From the IMG/VR virus record IMGVR_UViG_3300037457_000038, positions 58,144 to 122,143 of that record: a stretch of DNA of 64,000 nucleotides, one strand, 5' to 3'. Shown piece by piece: positions 1 through 7,692 of the stretch. This DNA comes from a virus. The notes beneath the pieces are model-generated. The model was not told the origin of the DNA, did not search any database, and saw only the letters and a program-made list of their open reading frames with translations. The translations under genes and the position numbers were made by a program. Each line of letters begins with the position of its first letter. The stretch's first letter is position 1.

Positions 1-37
1 ACGACTTCACCGACTACGACCGCGAACGAGGCTGGCT

Positions 38-229
38 GTGACCGGCGCTCCGCGGCCGGACAGTCTGCGCCTCACCGGTCCCCCCGCCCCGGAGTGGCAG
101 GTGCCATGCCCGCACTGCAAAGCCCCACCCGGCACCCGCTGCACCACACCACGCGGCCGGCCACTCCACACCCCGTACCACCCCGCACGACACCACGCCC
201 ACCAACAGCAGCAGGAGACCCAGCCGTGA
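38..229 (+). CDS. Small zinc-finger protein
   Basis: CPHC...C...H motif; GTGA overlaps with the upstream gene end (stop 39-41) and the next gene. Confidence 0.7.
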   Translation: MTGAPRPDSLRLTGPPAPEWQVPCPHCKAPPGTRCTTPRGRPLHTPYHPARHHAHQQQQETQP

Positions 230-771
230 CCCAGCAGCACGCCACCCGCCAGCCCCTCACTGACCACGACCTCGACCTCATCGCAGTCCGCGCCGCGCAC
301 CTGAACGAGACATCCGGCTACGCCCGGCTGCCCGACGATGCCGAAATCCTGACCGGAACCGACGTGCCCGCACTCCTCACCGAAATCCACCGCCTCCGCG
401 ACGAACTCGCCGAAGTCAAAGCCGGGCAAGACCCCCGACTCCGCTGCCTCATCGTCAAGCCCGACCGAGACAAGGACATGTACGTCGGCTGGTCCAACAC
501 CGTCGAAACACCCACCGGCGTCTGGTCCCGCGAAACCGCCCTCGAATACGGCTTCCCGCGATCCCGCCTCGACCGCGCCGACACCAACGGCAGCAGCGAC
601 CTCAGCCACGGCGACGGCCACTGGAACGACACCGGGTTCATCGCAGAACAACGCGGCTGGCTCCGTCGTGACCGCCTCGGCGACTACGCCATCGAGTACC
701 TCCACGGCGACCGGCAAGCCGCGTTCGACCTGCTGGAGCCATTCGAGGACGAGACCGAGGTGCGCCGCTGA
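226..771 (+). CDS. Hypothetical phage protein
   Basis: GGAG RBS, GTG overlapping previous stop, typical codon usage. Confidence 0.75.
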   Translation: MTQQHATRQPLTDHDLDLIAVRAAHLNETSGYARLPDDAEILTGTDVPALLTEIHRLRDELAEVKAGQDPRLRCLIVKPDRDKDMYVGWSNTVETPTGVWSRETALEYGFPRSRLDRADTNGSSDLSHGDGHWNDTGFIAEQRGWLRRDRLGDYAIEYLHGDRQAAFDLLEPFEDETEVRR

Positions 772-820
772 GACCGCCGTCATCCGGTTCCACCACCAGC
801 CGCGCACAGGACCAGCCGAC

Positions 821-1255
821 GTGACCCCGCGCTGTGCCGCCTGCCGCCGCCAGCTCCGTGACCCCGACAGCCGCACCCGCGGCTTCGGCCCGGTTTGCTG
901 GCGCGCCAGACACCCACCACCAGCACGCGGTGGCCCCGCCCCGCCACGACACCGGCCACAACCCGAACAGCAGCAACTCGCACTCGAACTGGAGACACCC
1001 GTGACCCTCGCCGAACTCCGCGCCCAACTCGACGCCCTCAACCTGCCCGACGACACCCCCGTGATCCTCGCCCGCGACGCCGAAGGCAACGGCTACAGCC
1101 CCATCGCCACCGTCGACGACGCGCTGTACGACGCCGAATCCCCGTACAGCGGCTCCATGTACGCCAGCCCCGCCATGCGGGCCGCCGAGCCGGACGAGTG
1201 GGACGAGGCGCCCTTCAGGGCGGTCACTGCGGTCTTCCTCCGGCCCACGAACTGA
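821..1255 (+). CDS. DUF6011-like Zn-binding protein
   Basis: CAACRRQLRDPDSRTRGFGPVC motif; possible second start at 1001. Confidence 0.6.
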   Translation: MTPRCAACRRQLRDPDSRTRGFGPVCWRARHPPPARGGPAPPRHRPQPEQQQLALELETPVTLAELRAQLDALNLPDDTPVILARDAEGNGYSPIATVDDALYDAESPYSGSMYASPAMRAAEPDEWDEAPFRAVTAVFLRPTN

Positions 1256-1312
1256 CCCCGCCGCCTGCTGCCCGGCCGTCATCGTGCGGCCGGGCCCGAC
1301 CCCGGAGACACC

Positions 1313-1909
1313 ATGACCCACCACCGCCCCAGCAAGGCCCCTGTGCGCCCGTCTGACGGCCCGAACCCCATCGGCGAGTCCCGCGCGGAGCCCGGCGCTC
1401 CCGCAGAGGCTCACACAGGCGCTCAGAAGCTCCGGCTCGACCAGATGAACGACGACCTGCTCGAAGCCCTCTACGACGAACGCGACCAGCTCCGAGCCTG
1501 GCTCGAACGCGGCATCGACCAGCACATGGCCTTCGGCCTCATCCGCCCCGACGGCACCGACGAACAGTTCCCCTGCGCGGACTGGTGCTACGCCTGCCGC
1601 CTCGACCGCGCCGAGGCCGAGCGGGACATGCTGGGCCGGGAGTCGGACCGGCTCCGCCGCGACTGGGTCGCGATGCGCGCCCGCGCCGAAACCGCCGAGG
1701 CCGCACGGGACCAGCACGCCGACATCCTCCGCGAGTACATCCAACTCGCCGACGTCACCCACGCCTACCGCATCCAAGGCGGCCACGACAGCCTCGGCGA
1801 GAACCTGTCCTGCGCCGGGTGCGCACTGCGCGACAAAGCCCGCACCGCCCTGGCCGCCCAACTCCAGGACGGGCCAACCAGCGGCGCCGACGACGCCACC
1901 GGAGCCTGA
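1313..1909 (+). CDS. Hypothetical protein (coiled coil, CxxC motifs)
   Basis: GGAG RBS; 198 aa ORF. Confidence 0.7.
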   Translation: MTHHRPSKAPVRPSDGPNPIGESRAEPGAPAEAHTGAQKLRLDQMNDDLLEALYDERDQLRAWLERGIDQHMAFGLIRPDGTDEQFPCADWCYACRLDRAEAERDMLGRESDRLRRDWVAMRARAETAEAARDQHADILREYIQLADVTHAYRIQGGHDSLGENLSCAGCALRDKARTALAAQLQDGPTSGADDATGA

Positions 1910-1910
1910 C

Positions 1911-2108
1911 ATGCACGACCGTCCCCTGAACGACTGCGGGTTCCCCTCCGAGACCATCGCCGCCGAGTACGAAACCGACCAAGCCCTCCGCGAGGCAGGC
2001 GACAACATGACCGACCCGTACTTCGCCGCCGCGTGGGCTGCCGAGTGCGAGCAGCGCGACCTCGACCGCGACAGCGTGCAGGCCGCCGCCGAGGAGAGCA
2101 GCCAGTGA
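1911..2108 (+). CDS. Hypothetical protein
   Basis: Coupled ORF, acidic, 65 aa. Confidence 0.65.
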   Translation: MHDRPLNDCGFPSETIAAEYETDQALREAGDNMTDPYFAAAWAAECEQRDLDRDSVQAAAEESSQ

Positions 2109-2281
2109 CCTACCCGACCTGCCCTCGCTGCCAATGCCACTCACAGACGCTCAGCAACGACGGCCGCACCATCCGATGTGTCCGGACATCCGGCCACCCA
2201 GGCGACCACGTAAACCTGCTCAAAGCAGGTCCCGAGCGGATCCGCTGGCCTGAACCCTCACCCGAGGGGAGCAGCCATTGA
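2105..2281 (+). CDS. Small Cys/His-rich hypothetical protein
   Basis: GTGA overlap; CPRCQC...C...H. Confidence 0.5.
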   Translation: MTYPTCPRCQCHSQTLSNDGRTIRCVRTSGHPGDHVNLLKAGPERIRWPEPSPEGSSH

Positions 2282-2384
2282 GCAGCGAGGAGCCAGAGCG
2301 TGCCCATATCGCTGAGGGCCGCGCGCTCGCCCGCGCTGACCGCGACGAAGCCCTCACCAAGGACACCCCCGAGGAGAACGACCG

Positions 2385-2645
2385 ATGAGCGACGCCCGGA
2401 TCTACCGCTACGAAGTACCCGTCGACGACCAATGGCACGCGATCACCGGATGCAGCACACCCCTCCACATCGACTCCCGTGACCCGCAGGTGGTCGAGTT
2501 CTGGGCCTGGCCCCGGCCCGACCTGCCCGCCCGGTTCTTCCGGGTCTTCGGCACCGGCCACCCCATCCCCGACGGAGCCGTCTACCGCGGCACAACCGTG
2601 GCGCCCGGGGGCGTCCTGGTCTGGCACCTCCTGGAGGACCGATGA
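2385..2645 (+). CDS. Hypothetical phage protein
   Basis: GAGGAG RBS; VFGTGHPIP...GT...LVWHL pattern common in phage proteins. Confidence 0.75.
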   Translation: MSDARIYRYEVPVDDQWHAITGCSTPLHIDSRDPQVVEFWAWPRPDLPARFFRVFGTGHPIPDGAVYRGTTVAPGGVLVWHLLEDR

Positions 2646-3421
2646 GCGACACCGCCAGCCCGGCCGACGAGCTGCACGCCGCCGCCACGAAGCTGTACGC
2701 CCTGCTCGCCGACCTGGGCGACTGCCGAGGCCCCTGGTACGTCGTGAACCGGAAGCAGCGCCCGTACCCGCAGCGCATCGACAACATCGGCGTGCCCTAC
2801 ATCGTCGCCAGCACCACCACCGACCCCAGCCATCCGCCGACGATCGCGGACTACATCGTCGTCATGCACCCCGGCGTAGGGCGCGCGGTCGCCGAATGGC
2901 TCACCGCCGCCGCCGACGAGGCCGAAACCATCGGCACCGACCCGGAAGCCCTCGCGGTGGCGCAGGCGATCCTCGGACAGCACGCCCCGGACGACGCGTC
3001 GGTGCGCATGCCGTGCGGCTGCGACCTCGAAGGCGGTGACTGCACCGACAAGGCCGCCCCGGATGACGGGCTGCGCGAGGAGTACGCGGCGCTCTTCCGC
3101 TGCCCGCCCGGAGAAACCCTCCTCGGCGACGAGCCGCCCGGAACCATCGCCGACGCGATCCTCACCGTCCGCGACCGCCACGTGGAGGAGCTGCGCGCCG
3201 ACTGCCAACAGCTCTCCGACCAGGCCGACGAATGGCACCACCGCGCCGAACACGCCGAAGCCGCCCTCACCCGTGTGCGCGACGTCGCCACAGTGGCCAC
3301 AGCCAACCCCGCTGCAGGCCTCAGCGACTACCGCATCGGCCGCCACGACCTCGCACAGGCCATCCTCACCACCCTCGGCCAGACCGGCCAGGAGCAGCCC
3401 GAACCCACCGAGGAGAGCTGA
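2642..3421 (+). CDS. Hypothetical phage protein (Ead/Ea22-like mosaic)
   Basis: GGAGG RBS; GPW...IADYIVVMHP motif; coiled coil. Confidence 0.7.
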   Translation: MSDTASPADELHAAATKLYALLADLGDCRGPWYVVNRKQRPYPQRIDNIGVPYIVASTTTDPSHPPTIADYIVVMHPGVGRAVAEWLTAAADEAETIGTDPEALAVAQAILGQHAPDDASVRMPCGCDLEGGDCTDKAAPDDGLREEYAALFRCPPGETLLGDEPPGTIADAILTVRDRHVEELRADCQQLSDQADEWHHRAEHAEAALTRVRDVATVATANPAAGLSDYRIGRHDLAQAILTTLGQTGQEQPEPTEES

Positions 3422-3723
3422 CCGTGGTTGTCGCATGCAGCAGCAAGGGACGCCCCGGCGCCGTCAAGGTCGTCAAAGGCGGCCAGTACGAATGCGTCCG
3501 GTGCGGGGTCCGCTGGCCGATGAGCCGGGGCAGCAGGCACCCGCAGCGCTAAACAGCAGGAGGCCCGCACTCCCGGGGGGTGGGGTGCGGGCCAACGCGG
3601 CCGGCGGTTACGCGCTGCACCACGCTACCGTCCGGCGCCGACAACGGTCACGCTTCCGCAACAGCCGTACGCCAGCAGCTGGTGTACGGCACCATGACCC
3701 CCACTCGAACACAAAGGGGGAAC

Positions 3724-4275
3724 ATGCGCACCCGCACCGCCGCATCCACAGCCGCCGTACTCACGGCCGGATTGCTACTCACCGGCTGCTCCAGCAACAA
3801 CACCAGCGACACCGGCCAGGACGGCAAACCAGACGACACCGTCACCGCAGCCACCGAAAAAGCCGAAGAGGAAACCGAAGAGACCGGGGACAAGGCCGTC
3901 GGCCTCACCCAAGCCGTCACCTACGACGACGGCGTCGAAGTCTCCCTCACCGGATTCACGCGCGGCGTATCAAGCGAGTTCGCGTCACCGGAGAACACGC
4001 CGTACATAAAGTTCACCATCAAGGTCAACAACGGCGGCAAGACGACCATCGACCTCAACGAGATGTACCTAAGCTGCCTCTACGGCGATGATGCCAAGCC
4101 GGGCGAGCAGATCTTCGACGAGGGCCTCGACATGCCGACGACACACGTCCGGCCGGGCCGGTCTATCAGCGTGACCACTGCGTGCGAGCTGCCGAAAGGT
4201 GAGGAGTACGCGCAGATCGAGCTGACGCCGACTGCGGAATCCGAGACAGCGATCTTCGCGGGCGACGTCAAATAG
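3724..4275 (+). CDS. Lipoprotein, DUF4352-like Ig fold; possible superinfection exclusion protein
   Basis: Signal peptide with lipobox LLTG-C, low-complexity linker, beta-rich C-terminal domain. Confidence 0.75.
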   Translation: MRTRTAASTAAVLTAGLLLTGCSSNNTSDTGQDGKPDDTVTAATEKAEEETEETGDKAVGLTQAVTYDDGVEVSLTGFTRGVSSEFASPENTPYIKFTIKVNNGGKTTIDLNEMYLSCLYGDDAKPGEQIFDEGLDMPTTHVRPGRSISVTTACELPKGEEYAQIELTPTAESETAIFAGDVK

Positions 4276-4296
4276 CCTGATCCCGGGCAGCGCAAC

Positions 4297-4323
4297 GCCC
4301 CGCCAACTACCTCTTGGCGGGGC
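4297..4323. terminator. Hairpin between convergent genes
   Basis: GCCCCGCCAA-ctacctc-TTGGCGGGGC. Confidence 0.7.
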
Positions 4324-4348
4324 CCCGTCGCGTGCGGCTACTCCTCCA

Positions 4349-4534
4349 TCAGCGATCCCACCCCGCACCCTCGTCGCCCTCAAGCCATGCGTAGTAGTCG
4401 CTGCCCTGCCACGCCGTATGCCTGCCGTGATAGCCGCGCTCTCCGCAGTACACGGTGTCCGGCATCGGCTCCTCCCGGTACGTGGCCGGGCACGGCGCGT
4501 CGTCCTCCTGCACGAACTCATCCACGCCGCTCAC
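4349..4534 (-). CDS. Hypothetical protein
   Basis: GTG overlapping the stop of the upstream minus-strand gene. Confidence 0.55.
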   Translation of the reverse strand: MSGVDEFVQEDDAPCPATYREEPMPDTVYCGERGYHGRHTAWQGSDYYAWLEGDEGAGWDR

Positions 4535-4968
4535 TCCTGCGTCTCCGGCGGCGGCCCGTAGCCCGCCTCCTCCAAGGCGTTCATCAGGTCGCCGACGTCC
4601 GAGCCGTACCCGTCGTTGGCGTCGGCGATCCACTTCCACACGATCCCGAGAATCGCTTGCGCGTCGCCGCTGAGCGGGCGCGCCTCTGTGTGCTGTTTCG
4701 TCACTTCTTCTCCTTGGTCGTCGGCGGGCGCGAGGTCGGTCTGGGGCCTGCGCTTCTTGCCTTGCTGCTTCGGGTTCGCCTCGAACCAGGCGGCCACCTC
4801 GTCAGCGTGATACCGGATCTTCGTGGAGCCCTCCACCGAGACCGGCTGAGGGAAGGTGCTGCTCCGCCGGTACGTGTGCACCGATGAGCGGCTCACCCCG
4901 TGCTCCTCCGCGATCTCATTGATGGTGATCAAGCGCGGGCTCCCCTCTCGTTCAGGGTTTTCGGGCAC
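4531..4968 (-). CDS. AlpA/excisionase-like HTH regulator, probably of the transfer operon
   Basis: LITINEIAEEHGVSRSSVHTYRRSSTFPQP winged HTH; divergent from the transfer genes. Confidence 0.75.
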   Translation of the reverse strand: MPENPEREGSPRLITINEIAEEHGVSRSSVHTYRRSSTFPQPVSVEGSTKIRYHADEVAAWFEANPKQQGKKRRPQTDLAPADDQGEEVTKQHTEARPLSGDAQAILGIVWKWIADANDGYGSDVGDLMNALEEAGYGPPPETQE

Positions 4969-4983
4969 GGCTACATCCTCCCC

Positions 4984-5010
4984 GAACTTCTGGACAATGT
5001 CCAGAAGTTC
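4984..5010. promoter_or_regulatory. Perfect 13-bp inverted repeat, probable operator
   Basis: GAACTTCTGGACA-A-TGTCCAGAAGTTC in the divergent promoter region. Confidence 0.75.
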
Positions 5011-5103
5011 TGTCACTGTGGAACTGCACCAACAGAAACGGCCCGGCAGGAGATCTCACCCTCCTGCCGGGCCAGCCACCGCCTGCCTACACAGGAGATG
5101 ACC

Positions 5104-5265
5104 ATGTCGAAGCGTAGCGATCAGCCCAGCCCCGCCGACAGCCCCCGCGCGCCGATCGACGACTACCGCGCCGCGCAGGCCCAGCGGGAACAGAACGCCG
5201 CCGACAAGCGCGAGCAGCTCGGCCAAGCCCGCACCCACGGCAACGCCCAGGGCGGTACGCGATGA
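5104..5265 (+). CDS. Small hypothetical protein, first gene of the transfer operon
   Basis: AGGAG RBS. Confidence 0.55.
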   Translation: MSKRSDQPSPADSPRAPIDDYRAAQAQREQNAADKREQLGQARTHGNAQGGTR

Positions 5266-5356
5266 CCACCGCTGCTCACCCCCGCGAAGGCGAACAGCCC
5301 CGACCCCACCCCGAACAGCCGCCGCCGCTGCCCCGACGCGAACCCGGAGGCTCACT

Positions 5357-5461
5357 GTGACCTGCTGCGGACGCCCCATGCAACGCCAAGGCAGCCAACT
5401 CGTCTGCACCAAATGCGGCGCCTGGTACCAGCCCGGAACCACTTCCGGGAGGCAGCAGTGA
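5357..5461 (+). CDS. 34-aa zinc-ribbon micro-protein
   Basis: MTCCGRPM...VCTKCGAW; GGAGG RBS; GTGA coupling. Confidence 0.55.
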   Translation: MTCCGRPMQRQGSQLVCTKCGAWYQPGTTSGRQQ

Positions 5462-5621
5462 CCAACTGCCCCCAATGCGGCGAAGCCACCGAAACCGGAG
5501 CCTGCCCACGCTGGGGATCACCCATCGGACACACCCCATAACCCACCACCGGCCCCGCACCTCACCGGGCGGGGACGGCAGGGAACCGGAACAGACCCGG
5601 GGCCACCACCAGGAGGACGAC

Positions 5622-5792
5622 ATGACCGACCACGAAAAGGCATACACCCGCGAGCTCAAAGCAGCAGAGGCGCAGCTGAACGAGCAGCTGAACAGCCAGA
5701 GCTCCCCGGACTACTCCCCCGCTGAACTGGCCCGCATCACAGAGAGCGCTGTGCTTGACGCCCAGTTCCGGGCCAGCGAGGGAGAACGGTGA
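5622..5792 (+). CDS. Hypothetical protein
   Basis: AGGAGG RBS. Confidence 0.65.
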   Translation: MTDHEKAYTRELKAAEAQLNEQLNSQSSPDYSPAELARITESAVLDAQFRASEGER

Positions 5793-5887
5793 CCTGCCCC
5801 AAGTGCGGCGCCCAGATGCGCCGCAAGGACGGGATCCCTTGGTGGATCTGCACCGACCGTAACTGCGCCTGGCGCCAACCCGACTGA
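5789..5887 (+). CDS. 32-aa zinc-ribbon micro-protein
   Basis: MTCPKCGAQM...WICTDRNC; GTGA coupling. Confidence 0.55.
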   Translation: MTCPKCGAQMRRKDGIPWWICTDRNCAWRQPD

Positions 5888-5957
5888 CCAGCTACCCGCG
5901 CCGGGCGCGCCCACCAGCACGCCCGGCCCCCAACCCGACCACCACCCAGGAGCACCC

Positions 5958-6248
5958 ATGGACACCACGAACACCACCACCGCCTGGCCCGAGGGCACCA
6001 TCGCCCGCTACCTGACCGTCGGCGGCGCCACCGTCGATATCAGCCACGACATGTACTACCTCGCCGACACCGAGCCGAACACGACGATCGCCCGGTGCGG
6101 AGGCGGAGGCTGCGCCGCCCACCACCAAGAGCGCTGGGGCCCCTACGCCGACCGCCTCAGCAACGGCAGCAGCGGTGCCGACGCCGAAGCCCGCGCATGG
6201 GCCCAAGCCCACGCCGAGACCTGCCGCGCCCTACCCCGCCCCGCCTGA
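5958..6248 (+). CDS. Hypothetical protein of the plasmid-like transfer region
   Basis: AGGAG RBS; WPEGTIARYLTVGGATVD...WAQAHAETCRALPRP. Confidence 0.75.
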   Translation: MDTTNTTTAWPEGTIARYLTVGGATVDISHDMYYLADTEPNTTIARCGGGGCAAHHQERWGPYADRLSNGSSGADAEARAWAQAHAETCRALPRPA

Positions 6249-6308
6249 CCCCCACCAACCGGCCGGGCCGTGACACCCACGGCCCGGCCCCAACCCGCCG
6301 GAGCCCCC

Positions 6309-6446
6309 ATGCGCCACCTCGACTCGCCGCTGGCCCGCTGGGCCTTCCCCGCCGTCGGCATCTTCGCCCTCACCCAAGGACTCCTGCTCCCCGCCCTCCT
6401 CTGCGGCATCGTCACCGCAGCCGCCTGGAAGGTCCACCGCCGATGA
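6309..6446 (+). CDS. Small membrane protein
   Basis: 45 aa, hydrophobic; ATGA overlap with the next gene. Confidence 0.55.
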   Translation: MRHLDSPLARWAFPAVGIFALTQGLLLPALLCGIVTAAAWKVHRR

Positions 6447-7384
6447 CCCGCCGCCGACTCCGTGTTCGCGTCCGCTCCCCGCTCCTCATCCCTGCGGTGC
6501 TTCTGTCCACCGCATCCCTCGCCTGGACCACCTGGTCCCTCGTCGACCTCCTCGGCACCGGCTGGATCGGCGTCACCGTCGCCGCCGGAGCTGACATCGT
6601 CTGGGCCGCCGTCATCGCCGCCGAAGCCCGCGGCCTCCACATCGCCGCACCCGCGTGGAAGAAGCGCGACAAGAGCGACAAGCGCCGCAACCCCGTCCCC
6701 GCCATCGGCTGGGCCGCGCTCCTCGCCGTCGCCGGACTCCTCGTCTGGCACGGCATCCGCGCAGACAGCCTCCCCATGGCAGTCGCAGGCCCCCTCCTGC
6801 CCCTCGGCGCCAAAGTCGTCTGGCTCCTCGCCCTCGCCGACATGCGCGACCCAGCCGCACTCACCGACGACGAACAGCACACCCTCGCCGCGATGGAACG
6901 CGGCATGGCCTTCGAGCGGGCCCGGCACCGCATCGAGATGGAGCGCCGCGCTATGAGCGCCGAGCTGCTCCTCTCCGAGGTGTCCACCGACTTCGACATC
7001 GAGGTAGCGCGCCAAGACCGCAGTAGGGAGCTTCACCGCCGCCGCCCCCTGGAACTGCCCGCATCCCCTGAAGCGCCACCCGGTGCGCCTCATGAGACGC
7101 CTGAAGCGGTTCCTGAAACGGCTGAGACGCACCATGAGGCGCACCACGAAACGCCCGATGAAGCAGCAGGTCACCCCACGCATGTCCTCCCGGATGAAAC
7201 GCCCAGCCTCGTCGGACTCAAGACCAACCAGGCAGTGCTGCGCATCCATGAAGCGGACCCCACCGCATCATCGCCTCAAATCGTGGAGCGGCTGAAGCGG
7301 CACGGCATCACCACCACGGACGGCTACGTCCGCACCGCGCTCAAGCGTGCCAAGGAGAAGCGGGGGGAGGGGTTCTACCCGTGA
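6443..7384 (+). CDS. SpdB-like plasmid spread membrane protein
   Basis: About 4 TM helices, coiled coil, repeat linker and C-terminal HTH-like segment; upstream of the FtsK/TraB gene. Confidence 0.65.
   Translation: MTRRRLRVRVRSPLLIPAVLLSTASLAWTTWSLVDLLGTGWIGVTVAAGADIVWAAVIAAEARGLHIAAPAWKKRDKSDKRRNPVPAIGWAALLAVAGLLVWHGIRADSLPMAVAGPLLPLGAKVVWLLALADMRDPAALTDDEQHTLAAMERGMAFERARHRIEMERRAMSAELLLSEVSTDFDIEVARQDRSRELHRRRPLELPASPEAPPGAPHETPEAVPETAETHHEAHHETPDEAAGHPTHVLPDETPSLVGLKTNQAVLRIHEADPTASSPQIVERLKRHGITTTDGYVRTALKRAKEKRGEGFYP
7069..7299 (+). repeat. Cluster of TGARRCG direct repeats (candidate clt/TraB recognition locus)
   Basis: Copies at 7069, 7093, 7102, 7114, 7123, 7135, 7195, 7249, 7293; near-copies at 7147, 7159. 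Confidence 0.55.
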
Positions 7385-7692
7385 AACCCCTCGACCGGTT
7401 CACTCTCGCCGCGATCACCACCGTCGCGGTCCTCGCCGCTTTCCTCACCGCGACCTGGATCCCCACCCACTACACCCCGGGCCCGCTCCTCACCTGGGCC
7501 TGCGTCTACACCGCCACCACCCTCACCCTCGCCCGAGCCACCCGCCTCCCCCCAGCCCGAACCCTCTACGCCGCCACCCTCCTCACCGCCACCGCACTCC
7601 GCATCCTCCTCACCGGCCTAGCCCGAGCCCTCGACCACGCCACCACCGCAGGCACCGCCCTCCTCACCGACCAGAAGGCCAGCACGCGATGA
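7381..7692 (+). CDS. Membrane protein (Spd-like)
   Basis: 3 hydrophobic segments; coupled to both neighbours. Confidence 0.65.
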   Translation: MKPLDRFTLAAITTVAVLAAFLTATWIPTHYTPGPLLTWACVYTATTLTLARATRLPPARTLYAATLLTATALRILLTGLARALDHATTAGTALLTDQKASTR

